Source: Candidatus Eiseniibacteriota bacterium
Lineage (GTDB): Bacteria > Eisenbacteria > RBG-16-71-46 > CAZEPH01
Reading direction: 5' to 3'
Length of the DNA stretch: 58,800 nucleotides
Assembly: GCA_044229145.1 (NCBI GenBank)
Contig: JBGATO010000019.1
Coordinates: 1 to 58,800 of the forward strand
Shown here: piece after piece, positions 48,256 through 58,800 of the stretch
How positions within the stretch are numbered: position 1 is the first letter of the stretch
Layout of the letters: every line of letters starts with the position of its first letter
Notes under the pieces: generated by a model
Seen by the model: only the letters and a program-made list of their open reading frames with translations
Databases searched by the model: none
Told to the model about the DNA's origin: nothing
Program-made: the position numbers and the translations under genes

Positions 48256-48268
48256 CGACGACTCTCCA

Positions 48269-49246
48269 TCAGGGTTCGAGGGTGGCGAGATACGAGGCGA
48301 GCGCGATCATGTCCTTCACCGCGAGCCGCCGCACTGTGGCCTGCATGAGCACGCTGCCGGTGCCGGCGCGCGCGCCGGCCTTGAAGTCGTAGAGCTGCCG
48401 AACGATGTAGGTCGGCGAGCGGCCGGCGATGCTCGGCGCCTGTAGCGCGCCACGCATGTCCTTGCCGTGGCAGAGCGTGCATTGCACGGTGACGCCATCG
48501 CCGCCGGTTTTCGCCAACTGTTCGCCGCGGGCGACGCTGCCCGGCGGCACGTAGGCGACGAACGTCGCGCGCGAGTCGCGCAACTCGAACCGCTCGACGT
48601 CTTCCGGCATCTCGATGATGCGGCGGCCGAGCGCTTCACGGCCACCCTCGGGCGATGGCACGAAGAAATGCCCGGCGATCAGTGGCCGCGGAACGGTGTC
48701 GGTTTCGACCACCGTGATCGTCTTGCGCGGACGCAGCGACGCAAAGTAGCGCGCGGATTGGGCGACTTCGGAGTCGGTGGCCGCGACCGCGATCGCCTGC
48801 ATCAGCCTCCACGCGAGCCGCGGCGGACTCACCGTGCCTCGTTTTCCCGACTTGAACTCCGCCATCTGTCGCGTGATGTAGTCCGCCGAGAGTCCCGCGA
48901 CGCTCGCGTTCTCCGGTCCGCCGGTGCCTTCGGCGCGGTGGCACATGCCGCACGCGTAGACCTCCGGCGCGCGGCCGCGTGCGACGATGTCCGGCATCGG
49001 CGGGTGCTCGCCCGGATGCCAATCCGGCGAGAGGTATCGATTGCGCGCGTCGAGCTGCGAGTAGCGCACCGTGCTGCCGGGAACCGTGCGCGGTGTCGAG
49101 TCCGCCGGCGGCGCGACATACGTCGAGTCCCACACGAACGCCCACGCCGGCGGCGGCTCGGTAGTAGCGGCTGGCGGCGGTGTGGATTGCGCGATCGCCC
49201 ACGCGGCCGACGTCAACGCGATCGCGGCGATGAGTCCTCGTCGCAT
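48269..49246 (-). CDS. Diheme c-type cytochrome (c4/c553-like)
   Basis: Signal peptide; CGMCH and CTLCH heme motifs. Confidence 0.9.
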   Translation of the reverse strand: MRRGLIAAIALTSAAWAIAQSTPPPAATTEPPPAWAFVWDSTYVAPPADSTPRTVPGSTVRYSQLDARNRYLSPDWHPGEHPPMPDIVARGRAPEVYACGMCHRAEGTGGPENASVAGLSADYITRQMAEFKSGKRGTVSPPRLAWRLMQAIAVAATDSEVAQSARYFASLRPRKTITVVETDTVPRPLIAGHFFVPSPEGGREALGRRIIEMPEDVERFELRDSRATFVAYVPPGSVARGEQLAKTGGDGVTVQCTLCHGKDMRGALQAPSIAGRSPTYIVRQLYDFKAGARAGTGSVLMQATVRRLAVKDMIALASYLATLEP

Positions 49247-49250
49247 GGCG

Positions 49251-49682
49251 CTACTCCGTGACCGCACGCAGACCGGCGGCTTCGATGCCGGCGACCGCGC
49301 AGATTTCGTCGTTGGCGCCAGTGTCGCCGCTGATGCCGACGGCGCCGATGATGTCGCCCGAGGCGTCGCCGATCAACACGCCGCCCGGCGACGGCACGAT
49401 GCGCCCTTCCGTGGCCGTGGCGATCGCCGCGATGAACGTCGGGAATTGCTCGGCACGCGCCGCCAACTCGCGCGAGCCGAATCCCATGCCGAGCGCGCCC
49501 CACGCTTTCCCGTAGGCAATCGGGTAGCGCGCGAAGCCGGCGCCGTCCTCGCGCAGAAACGCGGCGAGGTGCCCGCCTGCGTCGACGACCGCAACCGCAA
49601 TCGGCGCGAACTGGCGGGCGCGTGCCGTTTCGAGAGCGGTGTGCGCGATGGTGGTGGCTTGTGCAAGCGTCACACGTGACAT
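49251..49682 (-). CDS. GlcG/HbpS-family heme-binding protein
   Basis: 'VAVVDAGGHL', 'KAW', 'PGGVLI', 'GAVGISG'. Confidence 0.92.
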   Translation of the reverse strand: MSRVTLAQATTIAHTALETARARQFAPIAVAVVDAGGHLAAFLREDGAGFARYPIAYGKAWGALGMGFGSRELAARAEQFPTFIAAIATATEGRIVPSPGGVLIGDASGDIIGAVGISGDTGANDEICAVAGIEAAGLRAVTE

Positions 49683-49732
49683 GGCGAATCTCCGCGAGGT
49701 CATCGCGGAGACTCTACCCGTTCAGCGCGCGC

Positions 49733-51082
49733 TCAGCGACCACCAAACACCGGCGGGAACACGATCGCGACGATGGCCGCCCACGCGGCGAACACCGGGA
49801 GGTATCCCGTTTGCCACGCCTCCAGTCGCGCCACGGTGCCGCGCCCGCGCAGGAATTGCGCGTAGATCACCGCCGACCACGCCAGATTGACCAACAGCAC
49901 GATGTTTTCGCCGAGCGCCGCCACGCGGTTCGGCGTGAAGCCGAACTCGGTGATGCGCGCCGCGATGGCCCACAGCGCCACTGCGTCCACCGCGAGAGCG
50001 CTGGCCAGCAGCGTCACCTGCATCGCGTCGAACGGTCCGGGTGCCGCTCCAGGGTCGCGCGCCGAAATCGCGTAGAGCACCAACCCCAGCACCACCGCCA
50101 GGAGCAGGTCGAACGCGATGAGCATGTCGCGCTCGATGCGCATGCCGCGGCCCGTCCAGATCAACGTCGCGAGGAACACCAGCAGCAGGATCGTGAACAG
50201 CGGCGTGAAGATGCGCGTCAGCACCGGCGCCATGTTCTCGATGACACTCTGCTTCGCTTCCACGAGCCATGCCGCGATCACCACCGCGCCGAGCGCGCCG
50301 CACGGCAGCAGCCACGTTTGGAAGAAGGTCTGCACCTTGATGCCGATGGCCTCGAAGATCATCGCCATGAACGCCGTGAACACGCCGCCGCCGAGCGCGA
50401 TCAACACGTAATAGATGAAGAGTTCGCCGGAGAAGCGGATGAAATCCATGCGGCCGGACGCTTGTCGCCAGCGACCGCCCGCGTACGCGACGCCGACCAC
50501 CAGCCACAGGGCGATGGGCAGGTGGAGCGCGGTCAGCATCTCCGTGTGACTGTGCGGCGCGAAGCGATACACGTTGGCGACCACCGCCGCCGCCGCGAAG
50601 GCGCCGCCCAGCCACACGCGTGTCCGTGGCGTGAGCCGGCGCTTCCACGCGAAGTATCCGGCGAGCAACGGCAGCACGAAGAGGCTGATGTTCCGAACGT
50701 AGAATTCGGCGTCCTTCTGCATGTCGAGGCCGAAGAGCGCCGGCAGTTTCACCAGCGTTGCCGCCGCGCACGCCAGGGCGACGGCGATCACGCCCTCTCG
50801 CCGCGCCGTGCCGCCCGGTTCGTCGCCGGGCAGCACGAGTTGCTTCCAGAGCCGCTCCGCGTGCTCGCGGGCAAATTCGCGCGACAGCGTATCGAGATCG
50901 CCCATGCGCTTCACCGCGACCAGGAACGCTTCGTCGTGCGCGAGGCCGGCGTCCTGAAGGCCGGCGATCTGCTCGCGCAGGTGATCCTCGAGTTCGTGGA
51001 CGTCCACGGTGTGGATCGCTTGGCGGCGGCGCAGGTATGCGCGCCACAGGTCGATCTGCTCTTCGAGCGTGACCGTCGTCAT
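49733..51082 (-). CDS. PadR-associated membrane protein (permease-prefix/HAAS-type N-domain)
   Basis: 'ELEDHL..EAFLVAVKRMG' followed by multiple TM segments. Confidence 0.85.
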   Translation of the reverse strand: MTTVTLEEQIDLWRAYLRRRQAIHTVDVHELEDHLREQIAGLQDAGLAHDEAFLVAVKRMGDLDTLSREFAREHAERLWKQLVLPGDEPGGTARREGVIAVALACAAATLVKLPALFGLDMQKDAEFYVRNISLFVLPLLAGYFAWKRRLTPRTRVWLGGAFAAAAVVANVYRFAPHSHTEMLTALHLPIALWLVVGVAYAGGRWRQASGRMDFIRFSGELFIYYVLIALGGGVFTAFMAMIFEAIGIKVQTFFQTWLLPCGALGAVVIAAWLVEAKQSVIENMAPVLTRIFTPLFTILLLVFLATLIWTGRGMRIERDMLIAFDLLLAVVLGLVLYAISARDPGAAPGPFDAMQVTLLASALAVDAVALWAIAARITEFGFTPNRVAALGENIVLLVNLAWSAVIYAQFLRGRGTVARLEAWQTGYLPVFAAWAAIVAIVFPPVFGGR

Positions 51083-51085
51083 CGT

Positions 51086-51463
51086 CTATGCCTCCGCCGG
51101 CAACGGCAGCCCGCCGCCATCCGCCATCGCCGCCCCAAGCGCGGACCAGATACCGCGCAGCGTCGCGTCCACCGCGAGCCACTGGCGGCGCTCCTCGGCC
51201 AGTTGCTCGCGGCCGGCCGGCGTGATGCGGTAGTACTTGCGGCGCCGCCCGGAGTCGGCGGTCTCCCACCGCGCGTCCACGTGGCCCAGCCGCTCGAGAC
51301 GGTGAAGCACCGGGTACAGCATGCCGTCCGTCCACTCCATCGCCCCGCCGGACGACTCGCGGACGCGCTTGAGGATGGCGTAGCCGTAGCTGTCGCCCTC
51401 CGCCAGGATGGCGAGGACCAGCGGACTGGAGGACGCCGCGATCAGATCCTTGTTGATTTGCAT
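51086..51463 (-). CDS. PadR-family regulator
   Basis: 'SYGYAI', 'GMLYPVLHRLE', 'RRRKYYRIT.AG'. Confidence 0.95.
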   Translation of the reverse strand: MQINKDLIAASSSPLVLAILAEGDSYGYAILKRVRESSGGAMEWTDGMLYPVLHRLERLGHVDARWETADSGRRRKYYRITPAGREQLAEERRQWLAVDATLRGIWSALGAAMADGGGLPLPAEA

Positions 51464-51496
51464 GGGGTTACGACCTTTTGGCCTCGGCAGACGTTC

Positions 51497-51538
51497 CATA
51501 CCTCGCACAACGATACATTGAGATGCTAGGTATGTCGA
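51497..51538 (-). promoter_or_regulatory. padR promoter with inverted-repeat operator
   Basis: CATACCTcGCA (51497-507) and TGCtAGGTATG (51524-34); minus-strand TCGACA-17 nt-TATCGT. Confidence 0.6.
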
Positions 51539-51564
51539 GACCGTTGTCGGCCAGCGGCCGGAAG

Positions 51565-51969
51565 CTACGAAGATCCCCAGCCGGGGAGCTTCGCCGCTTG
51601 CGCGATCCAGCGCGCGATTTGCGCTTCATCGAGGTCGTCCGCGTGGATGTCGATCCAGCGCGCCTCGGGGCTCTTGCCGCCGGGCGGCGGCGGATCGAGC
51701 GATGTGCCACGGAAGAACGTCAACTTCACGGCCCGCGTGTAGACATGAAACGCGGCGAACCAGCCGTGTCCCGCAATGCCGTAGAACGGCGAATTCCACT
51801 TCACCGCCTTCGTCACGTGCGGGACGGTGCGCACGATGAGCGCGTCGATCCTCTCGCCCACCGTGCGCTTCCACTCCGGCATCGCGGCGATGTACGCCTG
51901 CACCGGCGCATCGCCGTCGGCCTTGGCGATCTGGGGGTTGCCGCCGGACAGCAGCACGGGCCGCTTCAC
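51565..51969 (-). CDS. DUF1801-family protein
   Basis: 'LLSGGNPQIAKADG', 'KAVKWNSPFYG', 'KLTFFRG'. Confidence 0.9.
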   Translation of the reverse strand: MKRPVLLSGGNPQIAKADGDAPVQAYIAAMPEWKRTVGERIDALIVRTVPHVTKAVKWNSPFYGIAGHGWFAAFHVYTRAVKLTFFRGTSLDPPPPGGKSPEARWIDIHADDLDEAQIARWIAQAAKLPGWGSS

Positions 51970-51977
51970 GTCGCGCC

Positions 51978-52991
51978 CTACTTGAGTCCGACCACCATCG
52001 AGTCGGGGCCGACGAGGTGCTCGACGCGCGTGGACGCGAATCCCGCCTCGGTCATCCACTGCGCGCAGTCACGTCCGGTGTAGTCGAAGCCGCCGGGCGT
52101 TTCGATCAACATGTTGAGGCTCATGAGAAGTCCGAACGCGTTCTGCGATCTGTCGTCGTCGATGATCGATTCGTAGACGATGAGCGAGCCGCCGGCCGGC
52201 AGCGCATCGTACGCCTTGCCGATCAACACCTTCTTCGTCGGCAAGTCCCAGTCGTGGAGGATGTGGCCCATCATCAGGACGTCCGCCTTCGGCATGTCCT
52301 GCTCGAAAAAGTTGCCGGGCTGGAACGTCACGCGGTCGGCGACGCCGGCGTGCGCGGCGTATTCCTCGAAGATCGGCGCGACTTCCGGCAGGTCGAACCC
52401 GACGCCGCGCAGGTGCGGATTGGCGAGCGCGACCTGCACCGCCAAGTCGCCCTGCGCGGTGCCGATGTCGACGAACGTGTGGTAGGCCTTCCACAGCGGC
52501 GAGTGCGCGATCGTCATGTTGGCACCGTGGCTGATGCCGGTCATCGCCGCGAGGAACTCCTTCAGGCGCGCCGGGTCGGCGTAGAGCGTTTCGAAGAGGC
52601 CGGCGGCACCGGATTTCGATTCGTTCTGCTGCACGCCGGTGCGCAGCGCTTCGGTGAGGTGGCCCCAGAACGGATAGAGGCGCGCGTTCGCCATCTCCAA
52701 CATGCCGCCGACGTACGACGGCTTCTTGCGATCGAGGAAGAGATCGGTCTCCGGCGTGTTGGCGTACTGGTCGCCGGTGCGCGCGAGGAAGCCGAGCGCC
52801 ACCAGCGCGTCGAGGAAGTCGCGCGCCGAACGCGGGTGCAGGCCGAGGCGGCCGCGCAGGGCGTCATACGCTTCCGGCCCGTGCGCGAGTTCGGTGAAGA
52901 CGCCGATTTCGATCGCGCTCAGGAGCGTCTTCGACGCCCAGAAGGCAAGGCCGGTCTGGAGGATCTTTTCGGGATTCGGTTGCGTGGTCAT
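51978..52991 (-). CDS. O-methyltransferase (Methyltransf_2 with dimerisation domain)
   Basis: 'VDIGTAQG', 'GFDLP', 'GNFF', 'HILHDW'. Confidence 0.92.
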   Translation of the reverse strand: MTTQPNPEKILQTGLAFWASKTLLSAIEIGVFTELAHGPEAYDALRGRLGLHPRSARDFLDALVALGFLARTGDQYANTPETDLFLDRKKPSYVGGMLEMANARLYPFWGHLTEALRTGVQQNESKSGAAGLFETLYADPARLKEFLAAMTGISHGANMTIAHSPLWKAYHTFVDIGTAQGDLAVQVALANPHLRGVGFDLPEVAPIFEEYAAHAGVADRVTFQPGNFFEQDMPKADVLMMGHILHDWDLPTKKVLIGKAYDALPAGGSLIVYESIIDDDRSQNAFGLLMSLNMLIETPGGFDYTGRDCAQWMTEAGFASTRVEHLVGPDSMVVGLK

Positions 52992-53083
52992 CGGTGGTCT
53001 CTGGAGTGGATAGATCGTGCACGGAGGGGCGGAGGTATGGCGAGACGACGCGCGGACGGGCGCGAAGAGGAGTGGTGGCGATG

Positions 53084-53780
53084 TTAGCGAGCAGACCCGC
53101 CGGAGAGCAAGGAACGAATCTCTGCTGTTACGGCCGCGTCGAGGACGGTGGTGCCGCGGCCATCGCGATCGTGCGGGCTCGCGCCCTGGGCGAGGAGAAG
53201 GCGGATGATCTCGCGTTGCTGTTCGCGCGCTTCAGGAGAGCCGCTCCCGCTGGCACCGGTGGTGCGCACGACGAGATGCAGCGGCGTGGAGCCGGAGCCG
53301 TTTGGAAGCCGCGGATCGGCACCGCCTTCCAACAGGGCGCGTACGGCGGCAGCGGAGCGCGTGCGCACCGCGCGATGCAGCGGCGCGACGCCGGACGCGT
53401 CTCGCGCGTTGGGGTCGGCGCCCGCCGAGAGCAGGAAGGCGAGCGTCGCAGCCTGCGCGTCGGGCTGGTGTCTATTCGCATCCGCCGCGTAGTGCAGCGG
53501 TTCGGCGCCGCGTCGATTTCGCGCACCGCACGTGGCGCCGTGCGCGACGAGCAGCTTCGCCATGTCGCATTGGAAGGCAGCGGCTGCCATGTGTAAGGCG
53601 GTGTCGCCGGCGTAGGCGTAGTGTGCGATCTCCGCGAAGAAGAAGTCGGCGCTCGTCGCGCGTTGCACCCTCCGCGAGCCGTTGCGTGGCGAGCGTCACG
53701 TCGGCTGCGAGATGGCGCTCGACGCCGTCGCGATCGCCGGCGACGACGAGATGCAGGAATCCAAGCAAGGCGTTCGTCAC
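53084..53780 (-). pseudogene. Ankyrin-repeat protein, frameshifted near 53660 (likely sequence error)
   Basis: 'GDTALH', 'GAEPLH', 'GVAPLH', 'GSTPLH'; the N-terminus lies in another frame, switching within a CG dinucleotide run. Confidence 0.8.
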
Positions 53781-54530
53781 GTCATGCGCTCCGCCACCAG
53801 GCGATAGCCGAGATCAACGCTTCGCGATCAGGCAGATGCCCGTAGCGCTGCCACGCACCCGAGTCGAGATCCGCACCGGTGTTGCCGAACCCTCCTCGGC
53901 GACAGGGTGCGAGAACGAGCTGATGCCGGACTGCACCGCAGGATCGAGGTACGCCGCGGGCCGCGCCCAGTACGCGCCGAGGAAACCATCGGCGCACTCG
54001 CGCGGAATCGGCACCGCCGCTGTCGTCACGCGCATGTCCGCGCCAAATGCTGTCGTGTAGTCCGCCATCGGCGGAAACTGCCGCTTGTCGATCTCCGCGA
54101 ACGCGGGCAGGTAATCGCGCACGAGCCAGAAGAGATCGGCGTCGGGATCCCACGTGAGCAGAACGATGCGCCGGCGCGCGACCCGCGCGCACTCGGCGAA
54201 CCCGCGCGCGCGATCCGTCCAGTGATGCAGTGTGAGGATCGCGGTCACCGCGTCGAATGCACGATCCGCGAAGGGCAGCGCTTCCGCGCGCGCGCGCACC
54301 ACCGGCGCCGCGTCGGCCGGGCGCTGCGCCACCATCACCGCCGACGGCTCCACCGCGATCGCCTGACGATCGTGCGGCTCGTAGGAGCCGCTGCCCGCGC
54401 CAACGTTGAGCACCGTGTACGCGTCGCCGAGCGCCTGTATCAGCTGCGCCGCAATGCGCGGGTCGGCGCGGCGCTGTTGCGCGTAGCGCCGGCCGATCGC
54501 GTCGTAGAGCGAGTGCGTCGGCTCAGGCAC
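53777..54530 (-). pseudogene. Class I SAM methyltransferase with two apparent frameshifts near the C-terminus
   Basis: 'VLNVGAGSGSYE', 'LTLHHW'; expected 'ADLDSGAW' and 'DLGYRLV' lie in successive different frames. Confidence 0.8.
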
Positions 54531-55254
54531 TGCCGTGCGCCACTTCGAGGTACACCGCCTGGCCGACGGCCAGGCGCCCGCGGCGCATGACGGTTGCGTA
54601 GACGCCCAGGTTGGTGTCGCGCTCGCGCACGATCGCTTTGAGGACTTCCGGCGAAACGCGTGCGGTATCCGGGTCGATGTTCACCATCGAGCAGCGCAGG
54701 TCGCGGTTGGTGATCGCGATGGCGGGCGCGTCTTGCGCATCGCCAAAGGTGAGCACACCACCGACCCACGTGTCTTCCACGTACGGCTCCGGTGTGCGCA
54801 AGGCGAGAACGATGTTCGGGCGGAACCTTCGCGCGTCGTGTGGCAACCCGGCGAGGGCGCAGGTCGTGTCGACGGTCGTGGCTGTAATCAGCGACACGCT
54901 GGCTTCGTCGAAGATGCCGCGGTCGAAGTGCGTCATCTCGACAGGCACGCCGGATCGGCGTTCGATCTCCGCCACGAGTTCGTCTCCGAACAGCTCCAAC
55001 TCTCGGCCGTCTGGCGTGCGGACGTGCGAGGGCAGATCGCCCGCGTGGCCGCGCGGCTCGAATGCCACGAGTTCCGGCAGCTTCGACGCGGTGAGCCAGG
55101 GAAAACCGCCGCGATCGCCGATACGCCGAAGCGCGAGACGGCGATCGCCGGCGAGTCCGTGCCATCCGAGGGCCGCGGCGTCGAGCGGCTCGCCACGCAT
55201 CGACTTCACCGGATAGCGCGTCAGCGCCGCGATGTCACCGACGTGGATGCGCAT
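54523..55254 (-). CDS. MOSC-domain protein
   Basis: 'RYPVKSMRGE', 'GDRR', 'RRFRPNI', 'RCSMV', 'LGVYA'. Confidence 0.92.
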   Translation of the reverse strand: MRIHVGDIAALTRYPVKSMRGEPLDAAALGWHGLAGDRRLALRRIGDRGGFPWLTASKLPELVAFEPRGHAGDLPSHVRTPDGRELELFGDELVAEIERRSGVPVEMTHFDRGIFDEASVSLITATTVDTTCALAGLPHDARRFRPNIVLALRTPEPYVEDTWVGGVLTFGDAQDAPAIAITNRDLRCSMVNIDPDTARVSPEVLKAIVRERDTNLGVYATVMRRGRLAVGQAVYLEVAHGSA

Positions 55255-55281
55255 GCGGCCCTACTCTCGCGGCGGAGAGGA

Positions 55282-57692
<2,411 letters not shown>

Positions 57693-57760
57693 GTCACTCC
57701 TTTTGCATCACGAGAGTTCCCGCCGCCGTTCCTGGCGACGGGTGACGACCTGCGCGCGCG

Positions 57761-57853
57761 TCAGCGCGGATTGCGACGCTTGTGGACCTGCCACGCCACC
57801 CCGAGGGCGATCCACGACAGCACGATGATGGCGATGACCTGCGGGACACTCAT
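57761..57853 (-). CDS. 30-aa single-TM small protein
   Basis: Own translation MSVPQVIAIIVLSWIALGVAWQVHKRRNPR*; GAGGA RBS. Confidence 0.55.
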   Translation of the reverse strand: MSVPQVIAIIVLSWIALGVAWQVHKRRNPR

Positions 57854-57863
57854 CGCGGGTTCC

Positions 57864-58193
57864 TCACCGGTCGTTGCGCGGCTCGCGCGTGACGTCGGCG
57901 TTCGACGTGACGAGCCACTGCATGATTTGCGAGAGCGCGACCCAGATGAGCAGGGCGAGGATCAGCTCGAAGCTGTGGGTGAGGCCGCGGCGCATCTCCT
58001 GCATCGCCAGCACGGCCAGCCCGAGTGCGAAGGCGCCCCACCGCGTGTTCTCGGCGCGGCCCAGGACGACAGCCGCGATGCCGGCGGCGACTACAGCAAC
58101 CACCGCGCCCAGCCACCATCGGTGCGCGACGCTCAGCCACAAGTAGGCGAGCATCAACACGGCACCGACGACGATGCGGACCAAGCCCGTCAT
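57864..58193 (-). CDS. Small multi-TM hypothetical protein
   Basis: 109 aa hydrophobic ORF with GGAGG RBS. Confidence 0.65.
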   Translation of the reverse strand: MTGLVRIVVGAVLMLAYLWLSVAHRWWLGAVVAVVAAGIAAVVLGRAENTRWGAFALGLAVLAMQEMRRGLTHSFELILALLIWVALSQIMQWLVTSNADVTREPRNDR

Positions 58194-58449
58194 GCCGCTG
58201 CTGGTCCTCCGCGAGGGGGCTGTGACGCGAGGCCGATGTGAGCCGGCGCCGCGGGTCTGCCGGCACCTCGTCGCAACGAGCTAACCTTTTCGGCCGCCGT
58301 CGCTTCCGGGATCCGGATCGATGCGCCAGTATGGCGCAGGCCCGGCGTGGGCGCAACGATTCAATCGGTCCGCCGCGGGCCTTCGTGGGGCCACGCGGAA
58401 GGGGCCGCGCCGGGCGGGCGCGACCCCTCGTGAAGCTCTGCTTTTCTGG

Positions 58450-58800
58450 CTAGTGTCCGGTCACTGCCGTGGTGTCCGCCGTGGTCTCCGAGGGCGCCGA
58501 GGTGGCGGGCGCGGGCGACGTTTCCGCCACTGTCTTGAGCTGCGCCAGACCCTTCTCGAAATCCCCGCCCACCGTCTTGTCCATGTTCATGAACACGGTG
58601 AACAGCTTCGCCATGAAGTCGTTGGTGCCGTCCATCGACCATGTGACCTTGGTGCCCGTTCCGTCCGGTTCGAGCGCGAACGCGGTTTCGTTCGTGGCCT
58701 TGAACGGCTTGAGGAACTCGAGCTTGATCGCCATCCGGTTCGGCGGCTGTCGTGGTCATGCGGCCCTCGCCGACGTCGTTGTTGCCTTCCCAGTGGTAGC
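58450..58800 (-). CDS. SRPBCC/polyketide cyclase-family protein (partial, indels near 58745-58765)
   Basis: 'YHWEGNNDVGEG', 'IKLEFLKPF', 'TKVTWSM', 'DFEKGLAQLK'. Confidence 0.85.

Noticed and set aside
38702..55254. Integron cassette array
   Set aside because: Genes overlap or abut, with no repeated attC-like spacers and no integrase in the window
58194..58449. Several GC hairpins suggesting a structured RNA
   Set aside because: Short stems are expected by chance at this GC content; no family motif recognised

Overview
High-GC (roughly 70%) bacterial chromosomal window with about 63 densely packed genes, mostly on the minus strand. No rRNA, tRNA, CRISPR array, integrase or transposase was recognised. 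A C-terminal 'TWGAIKATYR' motif, a FlgD-Ig-type tail and Bacteroidota-style outer-membrane proteins suggest an FCB-related diderm such as Ca. Eisenbacteria (inference). The window holds a HerA-like ATPase, transporters (OPT, AEC, CorA, ABC permease, TonB-type barrel), a secreted GH13 enzyme, a membrane Ser/Thr kinase, regulators (MarR, MerR, ECF sigma, PadR) with visible operator-like sites, a 16.5 kb run of small detoxification or ligand-binding genes, and gyrA. The two best candidates for new biology are (i) a protein that aligns motif by motif with the C-terminal domain of animal SARA/endofin, and (ii) a two-gene operon of a caspase-like CHAT protease and an alpha/beta-hydrolase with an N-terminal extension. 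Several genes, including essential gyrA, carry internal deletions, indels or a premature stop, so sequencing or consensus errors are likely. All family calls come from motif recognition by eye, not database searches.
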